Positions 42,483 to 56,379 of a stretch of 64,000 bases of DNA are shown piece after piece. Location: positions 185,690,001-185,754,000 of the forward strand of contig OZ024740.1 in NCBI GenBank assembly GCA_964016885.1, given 5' to 3'. The notes under the pieces are model-generated. The model was given only the letters and a program-made list of their open reading frames with translations. It ran no database searches and was not told the DNA's origin. The stretch comes from Eledone cirrhosa (taxonomy: Eukaryota). Positions within the stretch are counted from its first letter, which is position 1. Every line of letters begins with the position of its first letter. The translations under genes and the position numbers were made by a program.

Positions 42483-43111
42483 TAGGATCGACAGTTAACA
42501 GATTGTTGTTACTCTGACTCTCGGACGATTCAATTAATACTGATACGTAACATTCTCAATAAGAATCAGACATTTTTTGTTGTTTTTCTTTCAAAATATT
42601 TACAGCAGATATTCCAGCCTGAACCATCAAGCGTTGAGATAACATCAAAGCGTCTGTACGTCCGACGAGCAGGCACGATAGCGTCTGTATTTTTGAGACG
42701 GCGCGATAGCGTCTGTACGTCCGACGAGCCGACGTGATAGCAACACAAATGAGTGGCAACATACAACTGGTGGAGAAACAAAACTTTACATCAATTCATC
42801 AATAAAGCATTGTTCTAATTCTATATCTGTAATATTTCAATTCTTATCTCTATTTTGGTGAGAAAAAAAACAACCCCAAACAAATGATATCATTGTCAAA
42901 CAAATCATCGATCTAATTTTCGTCTTTGAAATCGCTATTATGGTTATTGATAGTTTTATTAATTATTATTATTATTATTATTATTATTATTGTTTTTTTA
43001 CACGCAGAAATGCCCATTTGTACCGCCCTGTATTGTCTTGTGCTGTCCTTAATGTCTACTTTATGTAAACCCTTGTGGTTAATAAAGAAAGCATTATTAT
43101 TATTATTATTA

Positions 43112-43285
43112 AGGCGGTGGATTGGCAGCATCGGTAGAGGTTCGGATGCCATGCTTTGACGTATATAGTTACGGCCCTTGCCATTCTGAGTTCAAATTCC
43201 GCCGAGGTTAATTTCGCCTTTCATCCTTACGTGGTCGATAAAAAAAAGTACCAGTAATGCACTGGGTAATTGCTGGCCTTGATCC
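43112..43285 (+). mobile_element. Full-length main SINE whose (ATT)n tail abuts the R4/Dong array
   Basis: A/B boxes, core and tail present, then (ATT)n to 43360. Confidence 0.9.
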
Positions 43286-43360
43286 AAAAGTAAAAACAAT
43301 TATTATTATTATTATTGTTATTATTGTTATTATCATTATTATTATTATTATTATTATTAT

Positions 43361-46215
43361 TTGCATTTATCTTGCTTTATGTTTATACGAGTTATCACCA
43401 AGTCACAACCTGTGACCTCAAGAGACAACAAGGTCCGCCATGTTCAAGAAAGAACATACATATTCACACATGCATCCTTAGTGTTTAGACTTGTGATGTA
43501 CTTATATTGACAGGATCTTCCTTAGTATATGGGCAGTTCCCATTAGTACTATCTTTTGTATTTCTCCTATACGCGGGTTTCCTGGGATTTGCGATAAGTA
43601 GTCGTTAGACCCCTTAGGTATCATTCCCAGAGCGCCTACAACCACTGGTATTGTTTTAGTTCTCAATTTCCACATTTTTCCAATTTCTATCTCCAGGTCC
43701 TTATACTTGCTCAATTTTTCAAATGTTTTTATAGATACATTCTTGTCTATTCTGTTCAACTGTTATATTTTCCCATGTTTGTTCTTCAAGGTGAGCTGTT
43801 TCTTTCATTTGTCTGTCTATCCATGGGGCATGTATGTTATGAACTTTTTCTTCGGCCCAGATCTTTTCCCAGAATTCTTGCACTTCCTCCTTGGGTGGTA
43901 TTGATTTAGCAGTTATTGTTGACTTACCAATTTTTCTGTAGAAGTTTCTTTGGTTGTTTTTGAACATATTATTGTCCTTATAGAATCTAGATCGTTTTTC
44001 AAAGCGCCTTATACGAGCAGCTTTGGCCGACACTTTTTTCTTGATTGTTTCTATCAGCATGTCTATGTCACATGTTGATCTTATACTGTACTTTTTTTTC
44101 AATTTTCTAAGTTTAGTTTGTTTAACATGTTCACCTACTTTATAGTTTGTTAAAATTTCTATGTCAGATCGGAGAAGGTTTATTTGGCGATGGATGTTAT
44201 CTTGCCAAGTAGATTTCTTGTGGGAATTCCTTTGTTTTTACATCTTCACTCCACATAAGTGAGTGGTGACTTTAGTTAATGCATAATAGAGATGATTTAA
44301 ATCAGTAATGTTTAGTTTGTTTGTGATGATAATGTTTTTGAGAATTATGTTAGTCTTGTGTATTATCTTTTGGTTCTGTTTGGAGTTCTGGATCTTAGGG
44401 AGGGTGTCTCGTTCCCCCATGTCAGATTCTTTCATTTTCATCCATTCGATCATAATTTCATCCTTCAAGTTGGCAAGTTCATTCTCATTCATTTCTTTAT
44501 CATTTACGATCTCATTATTTTCATTTGGAGTTTCATCCTGAGCATGCACTCCCTCCACTTTTTCGCTCCTTTCTTTAATTTGTTCTGTTGCCAGTGATTC
44601 CGCCCCAACTCTGGGATTCGAAGTGTTACAGTTTACCTCGTTTTCACTGACACATGCTTCATTTTCCCTTCGCTGACTTTGTGCTACTAGCTTGATCTGA
44701 TCAATTTCTATATCAGTTAGTAACTTTTTTCTTACAATATTTCTTCGTATATTGGCTAGTTTATTACTGTCAATATAGCCTCTGTTTTCGGGATGTTTCT
44801 TTTTCCAGTTGATATATGTTTGCTCTGTATTCGATGTATTTGATGGGTAGTACATGGCAGTGTAGAAAGCCTCAAGGACTTCTTTATTATCTTCCCTTGA
44901 CCATTTTTCTCTCTTTTTCTTTGGATTTCTTGGTGGTGAGCATGGAGGGCCAACAGTAGGAGTATTCCGGTTATGGGAGGTCTCCAGCTCCGAAGTGATG
45001 GGAAGGTTTGAACCATTAGCTGATTTTTCGACCCCAGTCTGGTTCCTCTCTGAGGGACGCGGTCCTTTTTTACCCGGGTGACGGCCGATCCGGTATGAGA
45101 TTTCATCATTAGACATCTACTTTATTTTGTCGCGTTTTATCCTTATCCGCCAAGGGGTAATCTTTTCGTGTTACCACTTCTAGAACGAGTGTCAACCAAG
45201 ACTAGAGGGGTCGTTCTCCCCTAGAGACATGGCTATTCCCCGCCGGCCGCCATCCCGGTATTTCTTGGTCACGGGGTTTTCTTTTTGTTGTTTTTTTTTA
45301 AATTGTTATTATCATGAGTGGTTCCTTAATGTGAGCATTGCGTGGCTTAAGAATGAAATTATTAATAATTGTCTCCACTCCAGGGACAAGGCCAGCAATC
45401 ACCCAGTGCATTACAATAATATAATATACTTTTTGTTGTAGTTGGCTGTTATTGCTGCTGGCTATGTCGGTGGTGGTGCCGGGGCTTTTTATATTGTTGG
45501 TGAGGAAGGGGTGAGCCAGCAGTCCCATAATTGTTGATGTAGACGTTTGTCCGTGGCAAGGTCACCAAGTCAATCTATTTATGTCTTTTGCTAGCCTCTC
45601 TCTTGTCTAGTGCTACCAACACCTTCCCTTTTCTCTCTCAAGTTAACAGGGGAATAGTGTCAGTAGCATTGAATGAGTGGTGGCGGCGATGATGGATGTG
45701 GTGGGGTTGTGGCAGCGGTGGTGTTGTGGTTACTGATATAGTATCTATGAGTTTGTGTTCGTATGTTTAATATATATTTTCATTATATTTTGTCTTGACA
45801 TATTCCCGTAAAATTTGAATTAAACATTTTTTAAAATTTGAGACAATAATAATAGTAATTATTATTATGATGCCGGTGAAGTTGCCGTTATATTTAGTGT
45901 GATGGGATAGGTAGTGTATCAAGTTTCTGGTGTTGGTGAAATTGAAATTGCCGCTGTTCTATATAGTGTAGACAGAGGGTGTTTTGTTCCATTTATAACC
46001 ATTTTCTTTTTTTGAATACAAAATATATAATACAAAATTGAATATTTGAGCGATACAACAATATAATATGGATCCGAAACTTTATGGGACCTCATTCGGT
46101 GCCTTTATGCAACATTTGTGCTAAGAATTGTTCTTTCACAATTGATTTAAATATGTTAAAAATCAAAAAAACTTACGGGAGCAATTTCGTGACGTTCTAC
46201 CACCTCGTGCGTCTT
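43361..46215 (-). mobile_element. R4/Dong-like LINE copy A, internally deleted (RT and CCHC lost)
   Basis: N-terminal ORF 45116-44238 (KKKREKWSREDNKEVLEAFY). The pre-RT region is joined directly to the RLE C-terminus (EKLSKYKDLEIEI..IPVVVGALG..GTAHILRKILSI) at ~43750. Collinear with copy B; (TAA)n tail. Confidence 0.9.
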
Positions 46216-46235
46216 CTTCCCTCTTCTTCTTCTTC

Positions 46236-46293
<58 letters not shown>

Positions 46294-46294
<1 letters not shown>

Positions 46295-49200
46295 GTTGCA
46301 TTTATCTTGCTTTATGTGCATACGAGTTATCACCAAGTCACAACCAGTGACCTCAAGAGACAACAAGGTCCGCCATGTTCAAGAAAGAAAATACATACAC
46401 ACACATGCATCTTTAGGTGTTTAGACATGTGATGCACTTATATTGACAGAATCTTTCTTAGTATATGGGCAGTTCTCATTAGTACTATCTTTTTGTATTT
46501 CTCCTATACGCGTGTTTCCTGGGATTTGCGATAAGTAATCATTAGACCCCTTAGGTATCATTCCTAGAGCGCCTGGTATTGTTTTAGTTCTCAATTTCCA
46601 CATTTTTCTAATTTCTATCTCCAGGTCTTTATACTTGCTCAATTTTTCAAATGTTTTTATAGATACATTCTTGTCTATTGGAATGGACATATCAATTAGC
46701 AGGCATACCCTCTTTTTAAAGTCCTTTAGTATTATATCAGGTCTATTTTCAACTATTTTTCGGTCTGTTTGGATGCTAAAGTTCCACAAGATTGAGATGT
46801 GATATTTTTCAAGTATGGGAGGTGGTTGATGATCTCACCAATTCTTTTGATGGGGCAGGTCAAAATGCTTACACATTATCCAATGTATGTATTGTGCAGC
46901 GCTGTCATGCCTGTTTAGGTATTCCGTTGGAGCTATAAGAATGCACATTGAAATTATATGATCAATGGTCTCTGCTTGTTTTTTACATACACGGCATAAT
47001 GGATTGCATCCATTTTTTTTATTATGCTGGCTTGGTAATTTGTTGTTGTCAGACACTGATCTTGTGCTGATATAATCAGTCCTCCAGTCTCCGATATCAG
47101 TCCAGAGGATGCCAACCACTGATGGGCTAAAGTTTTGTCAACATCAGGATTGTTAGCTCTTTCTGGGTATTTTCCATACAGAGGGTTTTCTTGCCATTTC
47201 TTAGCCAGTTTCTGTAGCAGTTCTTTCTTTGCAGTTACTTTTACCTGCTTTGCTTTTTCTGTGTTTTCCATTTCAGCAGTAGATGTGACTTCTGAAATTT
47301 GTAGTCCATTACTGTATCTTTGTGCATATTTCGTAATGGACTATGATATTTTGTAATGGAGTATGATCTTTTGATGCCTTCCTCTTTCAAAACGAGTTTG
47401 ATCATCCAATCATGTGATTCCCTTAGATATGTAGATAATCCAATTGTTGTAGTTTTCAACGCAATAACTAAGTGGATTAACCCACCTCCTCCTTCTTTCC
47501 TAGGGAGATATAGCCTATCTGTATCTGCCTTAGGGTGAAGCATTCTGTGCATGGTTAAGAATTTTCTAATTTTTGTATCGAGCCTACGAATCTCTGTACT
47601 TGACCAGTTGATGACATTGTAACTGTAGGTTACTACTGGTATGGCAAGCGTGTTTATGGCATCGATCCTATTCCTTGCATTCAATTCTGTCCTTAAGATT
47701 GCTCTTACTCTGCGGTAACATTCTTTCCTTATCCTTTCCCTCATTGTCGAGTGCTCGATTGCGTCTCCTTCACAAACACCTAGACATTTGTAAGTTTCCT
47801 CTTGATCAAGTTCTCTTAACACATTCCCCCGATCAAGGTTAATGTCTTTACTCTTCAGCAGCTTTTCTCTGGTGAACGTTGCTTTGGCGCATTTATCTAG
47901 TCCAAACTCCATTTTAATGTGATCACTGAACTGCTCCACAGTGGATAATAGCCCTTGCAATTGTTCATCATTTTTTTGCAAATAGTTTCAGGTCATCCAT
48001 GTTGAGCAAGTGATTAATGGTTTTGTCATAGACTTTATATCCATGTTTTGTTTCATTGAGCATTTTACTTAATGATATAAGTGCGATTTAGAATAAAAGC
48101 GGTGATAAACAGTCACCCTGAAAATTTCCACAATTAATATTAACTTCTCCAGCTTCCAGTGATTTATTTTTCACTATTCAAAAGTAGTGTCGTTTTCCAT
48201 GTCCTCATACTGAATGACAAAAACCTCCTGACAAAGGGAGATATTTTGACAATGTCTAAACATTTTTCAATCCAACTGTATGGCAAACTATCGAATGCTT
48301 TTTTATAATCTATCCAAGCAATTGGTAGATTTGTTTGTCTATTATGACAATCTTCCAGTATCATTTTGTTAACCAAAAGCTGATCCTTACAGCCATATGA
48401 GCCTAGTTTACACCCTTTCTGCTCATTGGGAAATAGATCATTTGTTATCAGGTGGTCATATGTATATTCAGTTAGGACTGATGTTAAAATGTTATACATT
48501 GTGGTCAAGCAAGTTATCGGTCTGTAATTTTTGGGATTGTTTGTCTCATCATTCTTCGGAAGCAAGAATTTAATGCCGTTATGATGGCATCTTTTCTGGT
48601 TCCTTAACTATTTCATTGTAAAGTTGGGCTCACAGCTCATGAGACTCTGTGAAGGAATTTATCCAAAAATTTGGTATTTTGTCTTTTCTTGTGGATTTCC
48701 ATTTGTTGGTTTTTCTAAGAGCCAAACGCAACTGTTCAACTGTTCTATTTTCCCATATTTGTTCCTCAAAGTGAGCTGTATCTTTCATTTGTCTGTCTAT
48801 CCATGGGACATGTATATTATGAACTTTTTCTTCGGCCCAGATATTTTCCCAGAATTCTTGCACTTCCTCCTTGGGTGATATTGATTTAGCAGTTATTGTT
48901 GACTTGCCAATTTTACTGTAGAAATGTCTTTGGTTGTTTTTGAACATATTATTGTCCTTATAGAATCTAGATCGTTTTTCAAAGCGCCTTATACGAGCAG
49001 CTTTGGTTGACACTTTTTGCTTGATTATTTGTATCAGCATATCTATGTCACTTGTTGATTTTATACTGTATTTCCTTTTCAAATTTCTAAGTTTAGTTTG
49101 TTTAACATGTTCACCTACTTTGTAGTTTGTTAAAATTGATATGTCAGATCGGAGAAGGTTTATTTGGCGATTGATGTTCTCTTGCCAAGTAGATTTCTTG

Positions 49201-51182
49201 TGGGAATTCCTTTGTTTTGTCATTTTCACTCCACATAAGTGAGTGGTGACTTTAGTTAATGCATAATAGAGATGATTTAAATCAGTAATGTTTAGTTTGT
49301 TTGTGATGATAATGTTTTTGAGAATTATGTCAGTCTTGTGTATTATCTTTTGGTTCTGCTTGGAGTTCTGGATCTTAGGGAGAGTGTCTCGTTCCCCCGT
49401 GTCAGATTCTTTCATTTCATCCATTCGATCATAATTTCATGCTTCAAGTTGGCAAGTTCATTCTCATTCATTTCTTTATCATTTACGATCTCATTGTTTT
49501 CATTTTGAGTTTCATCATGAGCATGCACTCCCTCCACTTTTTCGATCCTTTCGGTAATTTGTTCTTTTGTCAGTGATTCCGCCCCAACCCTGGGATTTGA
49601 AGCGTTACAATTTACCTCGTTTTCACTGACACAAGTTTCATTTTCCCTTCGCTGACTTTATGCTAATAGCTTCATCTGATCAAGTTGTATATCAGTTAGT
49701 AACATTTTTATAACAATATTTCTTCGTATATTGGCTAGTTTGTTACTGTCAATATAGCCTCTGTTTTCAGGATGTTTCTTTTTCCAATTGATATATGTCT
49801 GTTCTGTATTCAATCTATTTGATGGGTAGTACATGGCAGTGTAGAAAGCCTCAATAACTTCTTTATTGTCTTCCCTTGACCATTTTTCTTTGGATTTCTT
49901 GGTGGTGAGCATGGAGGGCCAACAGTAGGAGTATTTCGGTTATGGGAAGTGATGGGAAGGTTTGAACCATTAGCTCATTGTTCGACTCAAGTCTGGTTCC
50001 TCTCTGAGGGACGCGGCCCTTTTTCAACGGGGTGACGGCCGATCCGGTATGAGATTTTATCATTTGACATTTACTTTATTTTGTCGCGTTTTATCCTTAA
50101 CCGCCAAGGATTAATCATTTCGTGTTACCACTTCTCGGACGAGTGTCAACCAAGACTAGAAGGCTCGTCCTCCCCTAGAGACACGGCTATTCCCCGCCGG
50201 CCGCCATCCCGATATTTCTTGGTCACGGGGTTTTCTTTTTTGTTGTTTTTTTAAATTGTTATTATCATGAGTGGTTCCTTCATGTGAGCATTGCGTGACA
50301 TAAGAATGAAATTATTATTAATAATATAATATAGTTTTTGTTGAAGTTGCCTGTTATTGTTGTGGGCTATGTCGGTGGTGGTGCTGGGGCTTTTTCTATT
50401 GTTGGTGGGGAAGGGGAGAGCCAGCAGTGCCATAGTCGTTGATGTTTACCGGGTCACTAAGTCAGTATATTTATATCTTTTGCTAGCCTCTCCCTTGTCA
50501 AGTGATACCACCACCTTCCCCTTTCTTTAGTTAACAGAGGGTAGTGGGGGAATAGTGGTGGTAGCAATGAAGGAGTGGTGGCGGTGTGATGGGATAGTGG
50601 TAGCAATGATGGAGTGGTGGCGGCGGTGACTATAGTGATGGCGTTGTCGTTACTGAGTTTTGTTGAATAGACTGTAGTAGTATGCGTTTGTTTGATCTGT
50701 GTATCTATGCGGTTTGTCGCGTATGTTTAATATATGTGTTGACATATTTTCTTAATATTTGAATTAAACATTTTGAGAAAACTTGAGATACAATAATAGT
50801 AATATTATTATGAGATACAATAATAGTAATATCATTATGCTGGGATTGGTGGTGGTGAAATTGCCGTTATCTGGCTGTTGAATTTAGTGTACACAGAGGG
50901 CTGATGGGATAGGTGGTGTATCTAGTTTTTGGTGTTGGTGAAATTACTGTTATTTGGCTGTTCTATATAGTGAAGACAGACGGGTTTTCTTCCATTTATA
51001 ACCATTTTCTTTTTTGAATATAAAATTTATAATACAAAATTGAATATTTGAGCGATATAACAGGATATTATGGGACATAATTTTCTGAGAGCTGAGTCTG
51101 GCGCTTTATGTCTCATTTGTACTAAGAATTGTTATATAATAATTGTTTTAAATATGTTAAAATTCAAAAAGTTACGGGAGCG
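46294..51182 (-). mobile_element. R4/Dong-like LINE copy B, near full length but frameshifted
   Basis: NYRPITCL, EQKGC..GCKDQLL, WIDYKKAFDSLP, FQGDCLSPLLF, MDDLKL, FGLDKCA, CRVC..ETIDHIISMC, RHD, RPDIILKD..LIDMSIP; (TAA)n at both ends. Confidence 0.93.
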
Positions 51183-51212
51183 TTTATTATTATTATTGTT
51201 ATTATTATTATT

Positions 51213-52820
51213 CTTTGAGTCTCAGTCATTGATGTTAGTTAACTGGAAATTTTGTTGAAATGAATATCAAGCCACTACCTGCAGCCTCAGATATTCAGAA
51301 CGTATCGGAGGGTTCTTGCTGTTCCCAGCAAGCATGCCTTTTGAAGCGTTCCAAAAAACGTGAAGGGGCCAATTTTCTTTAACCATCCCTGGAAACTTTT
51401 TCAGATAGTCCCTAGTGCGCCTATGACAATCGGGATCACTTTGACTTCATAGCAGTTCCAACTCCTTTTTACCTCCCACTTTAATCCTGGTATCGGTTAA
51501 TTTTCTCCCTCTTCTTCTCTTGCACTCTCGTGTCGAATGGGCAGGCCACATCCACAATCAGGCACGATCTTTTTTCTTTGTCCAAAACCACCAGGTCAGG
51601 TCTATTGTGTTCCAGTTTCTTGTCCGTCTGTATCCTAAAATCCCACAGCACCTTCACCTGATCGTTTTCTATCACCGACTCTGGCTTATGCTCATACCAC
51701 TTCTCAGAATGTGGTAAATTGTTTATTTTGCATAGGTGCCAGTGGATCACCCTGCCCATCACATAGTGTCTCCAGCCCTTATAGTGAGTCTGGGCTAGGT
51801 GTTTACACTCGGATACAATGTGAGCCACAGTCTCCTCTCTCTCTCCACAGATCCTGCATAGTGGGCTAGCCTCCTCCTTGTAAATGTGGTGTTTCAACCA
51901 CTTCGTTTTGAGGGCCTGCTCCTGCGCAGCCATTAACTTTCCTTCTGTAGCCTTTTTAAGGTCTCCTCTTTTCAACCAGTTCCATGTCTGTGGATCTCTA
52001 AATTCAGTTTTCTCAAAGAAGGTACTATGAAGGGATTTTTCCTGAAGGCTGCTCTTTCTCCTTGATGTTATTTCCTCCTTGGACATCCCCTGGCCTATTG
52101 TCCCCTCCTTCAGTATAGTTCTGAGCATTGGCTCCTTACTATCAGTCACGTATTTGTGTAGGTTGTTTTTCTCCACCTGAACACAGTCCTCTATGCTGAT
52201 AAGACCTCTTCAACCTTCAGATCTCCTTAAGTAGAGTCTATCGACATCACTCCTCTTGTGGAACATATTGTAGATAGTCAATAGCTTCCTAGTCTTCCTA
52301 TCCATTTCTTTTTTTTCAGCAACATTCCATCTCAGAATTCCCGCACTGTACCTAATAGTAGACACAGCTCGGGAATTTACTGCACCTATGGCATTCCTAC
52401 TGTTCAGATATGACTTTAATACGCTCCTTACTCTCCGAAGGTATTCAGTTCTTATCAATTCCTTCATTTTTTTGTTCTTGATGTCATCAGCCTCCAGAAC
52501 GCCCAAATACTTGTATCCTTCCTCAGAGTCAATTTCCTTTATCAGCTCACCTGTTGGTATCTGGATTCCGTTACTTCTGCTCAACTTACACCTCTTCATC
52601 ATAATGACTCCACACTTACTAATACCAAATTGCATACATATATCATTGCTGAAAATACGGACAGTGTCAACAAGCACATCCAACTCCTTCTCACTCTTAC
52701 CGAAGAGCTTAAGATCATCCATGAAGAGGAGGTGATTGATGGTAAGCCCTCCCTTTCCCAACCTGTATCCTGCTCTCATTTTCGCAGTACACTGGTCAGG
52801 GGCATCAGGGCAAGGACAAA

Positions 52821-52821
<1 letters not shown>
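51213..52821 (-). mobile_element. R4/Dong-like LINE copy C, distinct subfamily, 5'-truncated within RT
   Basis: INHLLFMDDLKLFG, FGISKC, YKYLG, CRICGEREETVAHIVSEC, NRPDLVVLD..VDVACP, IPIVIGALG; (TAA)n at both ends. Confidence 0.92.
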
Positions 52822-52864
<43 letters not shown>

Positions 52865-53085
52865 GGGCGCTGGATTGGTAGAGTCGTTAGCGCATCGGAC
52901 AAAATGCTTTGAAATATTTAGTTACGGTCATTTACTTTTTGAGTTCAAATTCCACTGAGGTTAGTTTTGCCTTTCGTGTTTACATGGTCGATAAAATAAA
53001 GTACTAGTATCCCACTGGGGTGATTTAATCGCCTTTTTCCTCTCCTTCAAATTGCTGGCCTTGTGCTTAAAGTAGAAACACTTAT
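52865..53085 (+). mobile_element. Full-length main SINE
   Basis: ggcgctggattggtagagtcg...gagttcaaattcc...ttgcctttc...aaattgctggccttgtgcttaaagtagaaac. Confidence 0.85.
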
Positions 53086-53269
53086 CATTATTATTAGTTA
53101 ATTAACCTTAGATTAAAAAAATAACAGAATCGGAAGTATAAGGTAAATTTACATAAATATATATCAGTAAATGTGAATACACACACACACACACACACAC
53201 ACAACCCCCCCCCCCCATATATATATATATATATATATATATCCGCAATTTTAGAAAGATCTTCTTTAC

Positions 53270-54480
53270 GTGACCAAATAGCTTCATGGTTGTTTTTTTA
53301 ATTATGCACATTATAGGAACTAATTTAGCTGCTTCTGGTAGATCCACACTTCTCATAGAGTGGAGCAATTTGTGGAACCTCATAATATGGTTTTGAAAGT
53401 TATCGATTTCTCTAACCGTGGACGATGCCTTTTGACACATACAAGGCCATAAAGGGCCTCTGAGCTATGGTAATTATATTTCATATGTAGCTGGATCCGC
53501 TTTGACGTTAAAATGTCCTAAATTTCCTTAAAATTTGCCCAGCTAAGCCTACTCTGTAACGAACTGCGAATGAACTAACATACTTGCTATAAACACTGGG
53601 TTGCTAAATTCGATTGTTTTCTCAATTATGTGCTGCAGTGGAATGCTTTGTCCTACATTGACTCTATTAGGTTCATATTCTAAGTAGATGCTATCTAATT
53701 CTAGACTTTGAACTATGTGATTGTGTGTTCCACGTTGATTATAAAATAGGTGGATGAGATCGTATAATGTATCATCAATAGAAGGTGCAATGAAGTTATC
53801 AAAGTAGATATTTTCATAATATTTGACGCAACGCTCTAATATATCGTTGTGGCTGGTCAATAAACTTCCATTGTGGTCAGCTGATATCTTTTGATTTTGC
53901 TTTCAAAGGTAGAGTTTTCACTATTGCATCTTGCATTTATAATAAGCTTTGATACAGACTTTCTAGTTCCAACTGTTCTGAGAAACCAGAATATCGGTAA
54001 CTCAGTTCCAATTGGAAAAACCTTTGAATGGCTAGGTTACTGGGTTGTTGAGATTTGAATTTAGGATTGCTCTTTTGTTTTCGTGGTCATGAGAAATGTA
54101 TTCTGACCTTTGCTCTAACAAATCTATGATCTGATATGTTTGGCACATTAAGAGCAATGCTGTCCAGAATATTTTCAGGAAAATATGACTTGAAAGTATG
54201 ACAATGAAATCGATCTGATTCTTCTTTTTTTCATCTAGGGATGCTCATGTGTGACGCGTCCTTTTTGGTCACAATCAAATAGTTTCTATTTTGTAATATA
54301 CCAGTCGGGAGTTGCTGGTATGGTCCCATACCCTTCCCAGTCATATCATCCCGGACTGCCGATGCACACTCTTATTCGCATGGCAAGTGTCTGACGGTGG
54401 TTCCTTCTGTTCTCGGAACGTTAGATTATACATTTTCTGTCGGTTTCATCAACCTACTCTCCCGTGGTGATTGAGGACAG
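53270..54480 (-). pseudogene. Heavily decayed RTE-like LINE pieces
   Basis: ILERCVKYYENIY, LQHIIEKTIEFSNPVFIA and KLFGHVKK resemble RTE linker, RT and C-terminal motifs. Confidence 0.5.
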
Positions 54481-55062
54481 AATGGATACGTCATTTTTGT
54501 GTGACGTTTATGGAAGTTATGATTCAAGGTAAAACAAATAGGGCTAGGCTTCCGAGGCACTAGCGGAACAGAATCAATAAAAAGTTTGATGAAAATGTAT
54601 ATAAAGTAAGCAACGCCACTAAAAATTGGAAATATTGGAAATAACTATTCATGTTAGTGCGCAATCTACTCCAGGCGTAGAGAGCAAATGATTTATATAT
54701 GTACATTTGTATATATTTGAAAAATTCGAGATCCCGATGGCTGAGCTCCGGCCGTTTCAACAGCTAGATCCGCATGTATATCTATATATACATATATATG
54801 CATATATATGTAAGCGAAATGTAAACGGAAACAATAAATCAAATAACAAAGTACAACGAAGAAATGTATTAGTTTAACGATTGATATAGTAGGAAAAGTG
54901 TCTTTATGATTCGGGCATTAGTCTTTTATCAGAAGATAGAATGAGAACTAAAAGGAATAGAACGGGAAATAGTTTTGAAAGAATGCGCATGTTAGCACTG
55001 TCAGCCACTTGGGGCTGCGTATATATATCCAAACACATACACATTCATACCCCCCCCCCATA

Positions 55063-55200
<138 letters not shown>

Positions 55201-56170
55201 ATTCGTCTGCGTTTGCTATTATGTTAAACGAAGTAAACAGCATGTGTATTGAGTAAGATTTATATGACAAAATTACAGCAATAAGTATATTTACGTTAAG
55301 TTAAGCTATATGTATCTATTTTTAAAGGTCACCATTTTGTGTATTTATATCATATGTTGTTTGATCAAAAGTGTAGAAGTAAGGTATGTGGGGGAGAAGA
55401 TAAAATGTTCAGAAGCATTTGAATATAGAGCCTAAGTATGCACAAGTCTGATAACGTTTTGCAATTATATCTAATTTATTCAACGAAATGTCTGAATAGT
55501 GAGAAATATGATAAACGAGATACTCAGACTGTGCTTAGCGTTCCGTTATTTGAATGAAAATATTGAAAATGGATTTATTGTGTAAGTACATTTTCATTTC
55601 AGTTGGATATTCCTAATCAGAGTTCAATTTATATCCAGAGTTAAGTTATATCCAGAGTTAAGTTATATCCAAAGAAAAATTTCGAAATGAAAATTATTAA
55701 TAATATTTTATTAACAATAAACGAGTAACTTTCAAATGCGGTAGAAATATATAAAGGGGAAATGCTGTCAAATAACACAAAACAAAGTAATGTTTTAACC
55801 AGTATATTTCGACATAATATTTCAGGCATATTACCCTCCCTTGAAATGTAAAATGAAAACATTTCAAGCAACAACGAACACCTCGATTTTCGGCCTGTTT
55901 CACAATCTGCGTTTCTTACGTCTTTTGGCGGTTACGTGTGGCGATACTTATTTACTAAATTCATTATCTTCTATTACATTATATATTTAGATTATATTTC
56001 TCCCTGTGATATTTAATATTTCCATGTCTCAAGAATTGAATATGATACCCTGGTTTCAATCGCCAACAATTTGTTTCGTTTCCGATATAGCATGTCATAA
56101 CAAATTATATTTATTAGGGAATGTTCTTCAAACAATTATTATAAAAAGATATCAATACATCGTTTGCACA

Positions 56171-56212
<42 letters not shown>

Positions 56213-56379
56213 TATATGTTTGTGTGTGTGTGTGTGTGTCTGTGTGTGTGTGTGAATAAATTTCAATTTTCATCTTATTGTAAGTTGGCAGTGCATGTTC
56301 AAAAAGGATAAGTCAACTTACCGGCTTGTTTGTGCTCCACGTATTTAAAGGCCTGGTGTATCACTAATGCCTAATTGAT

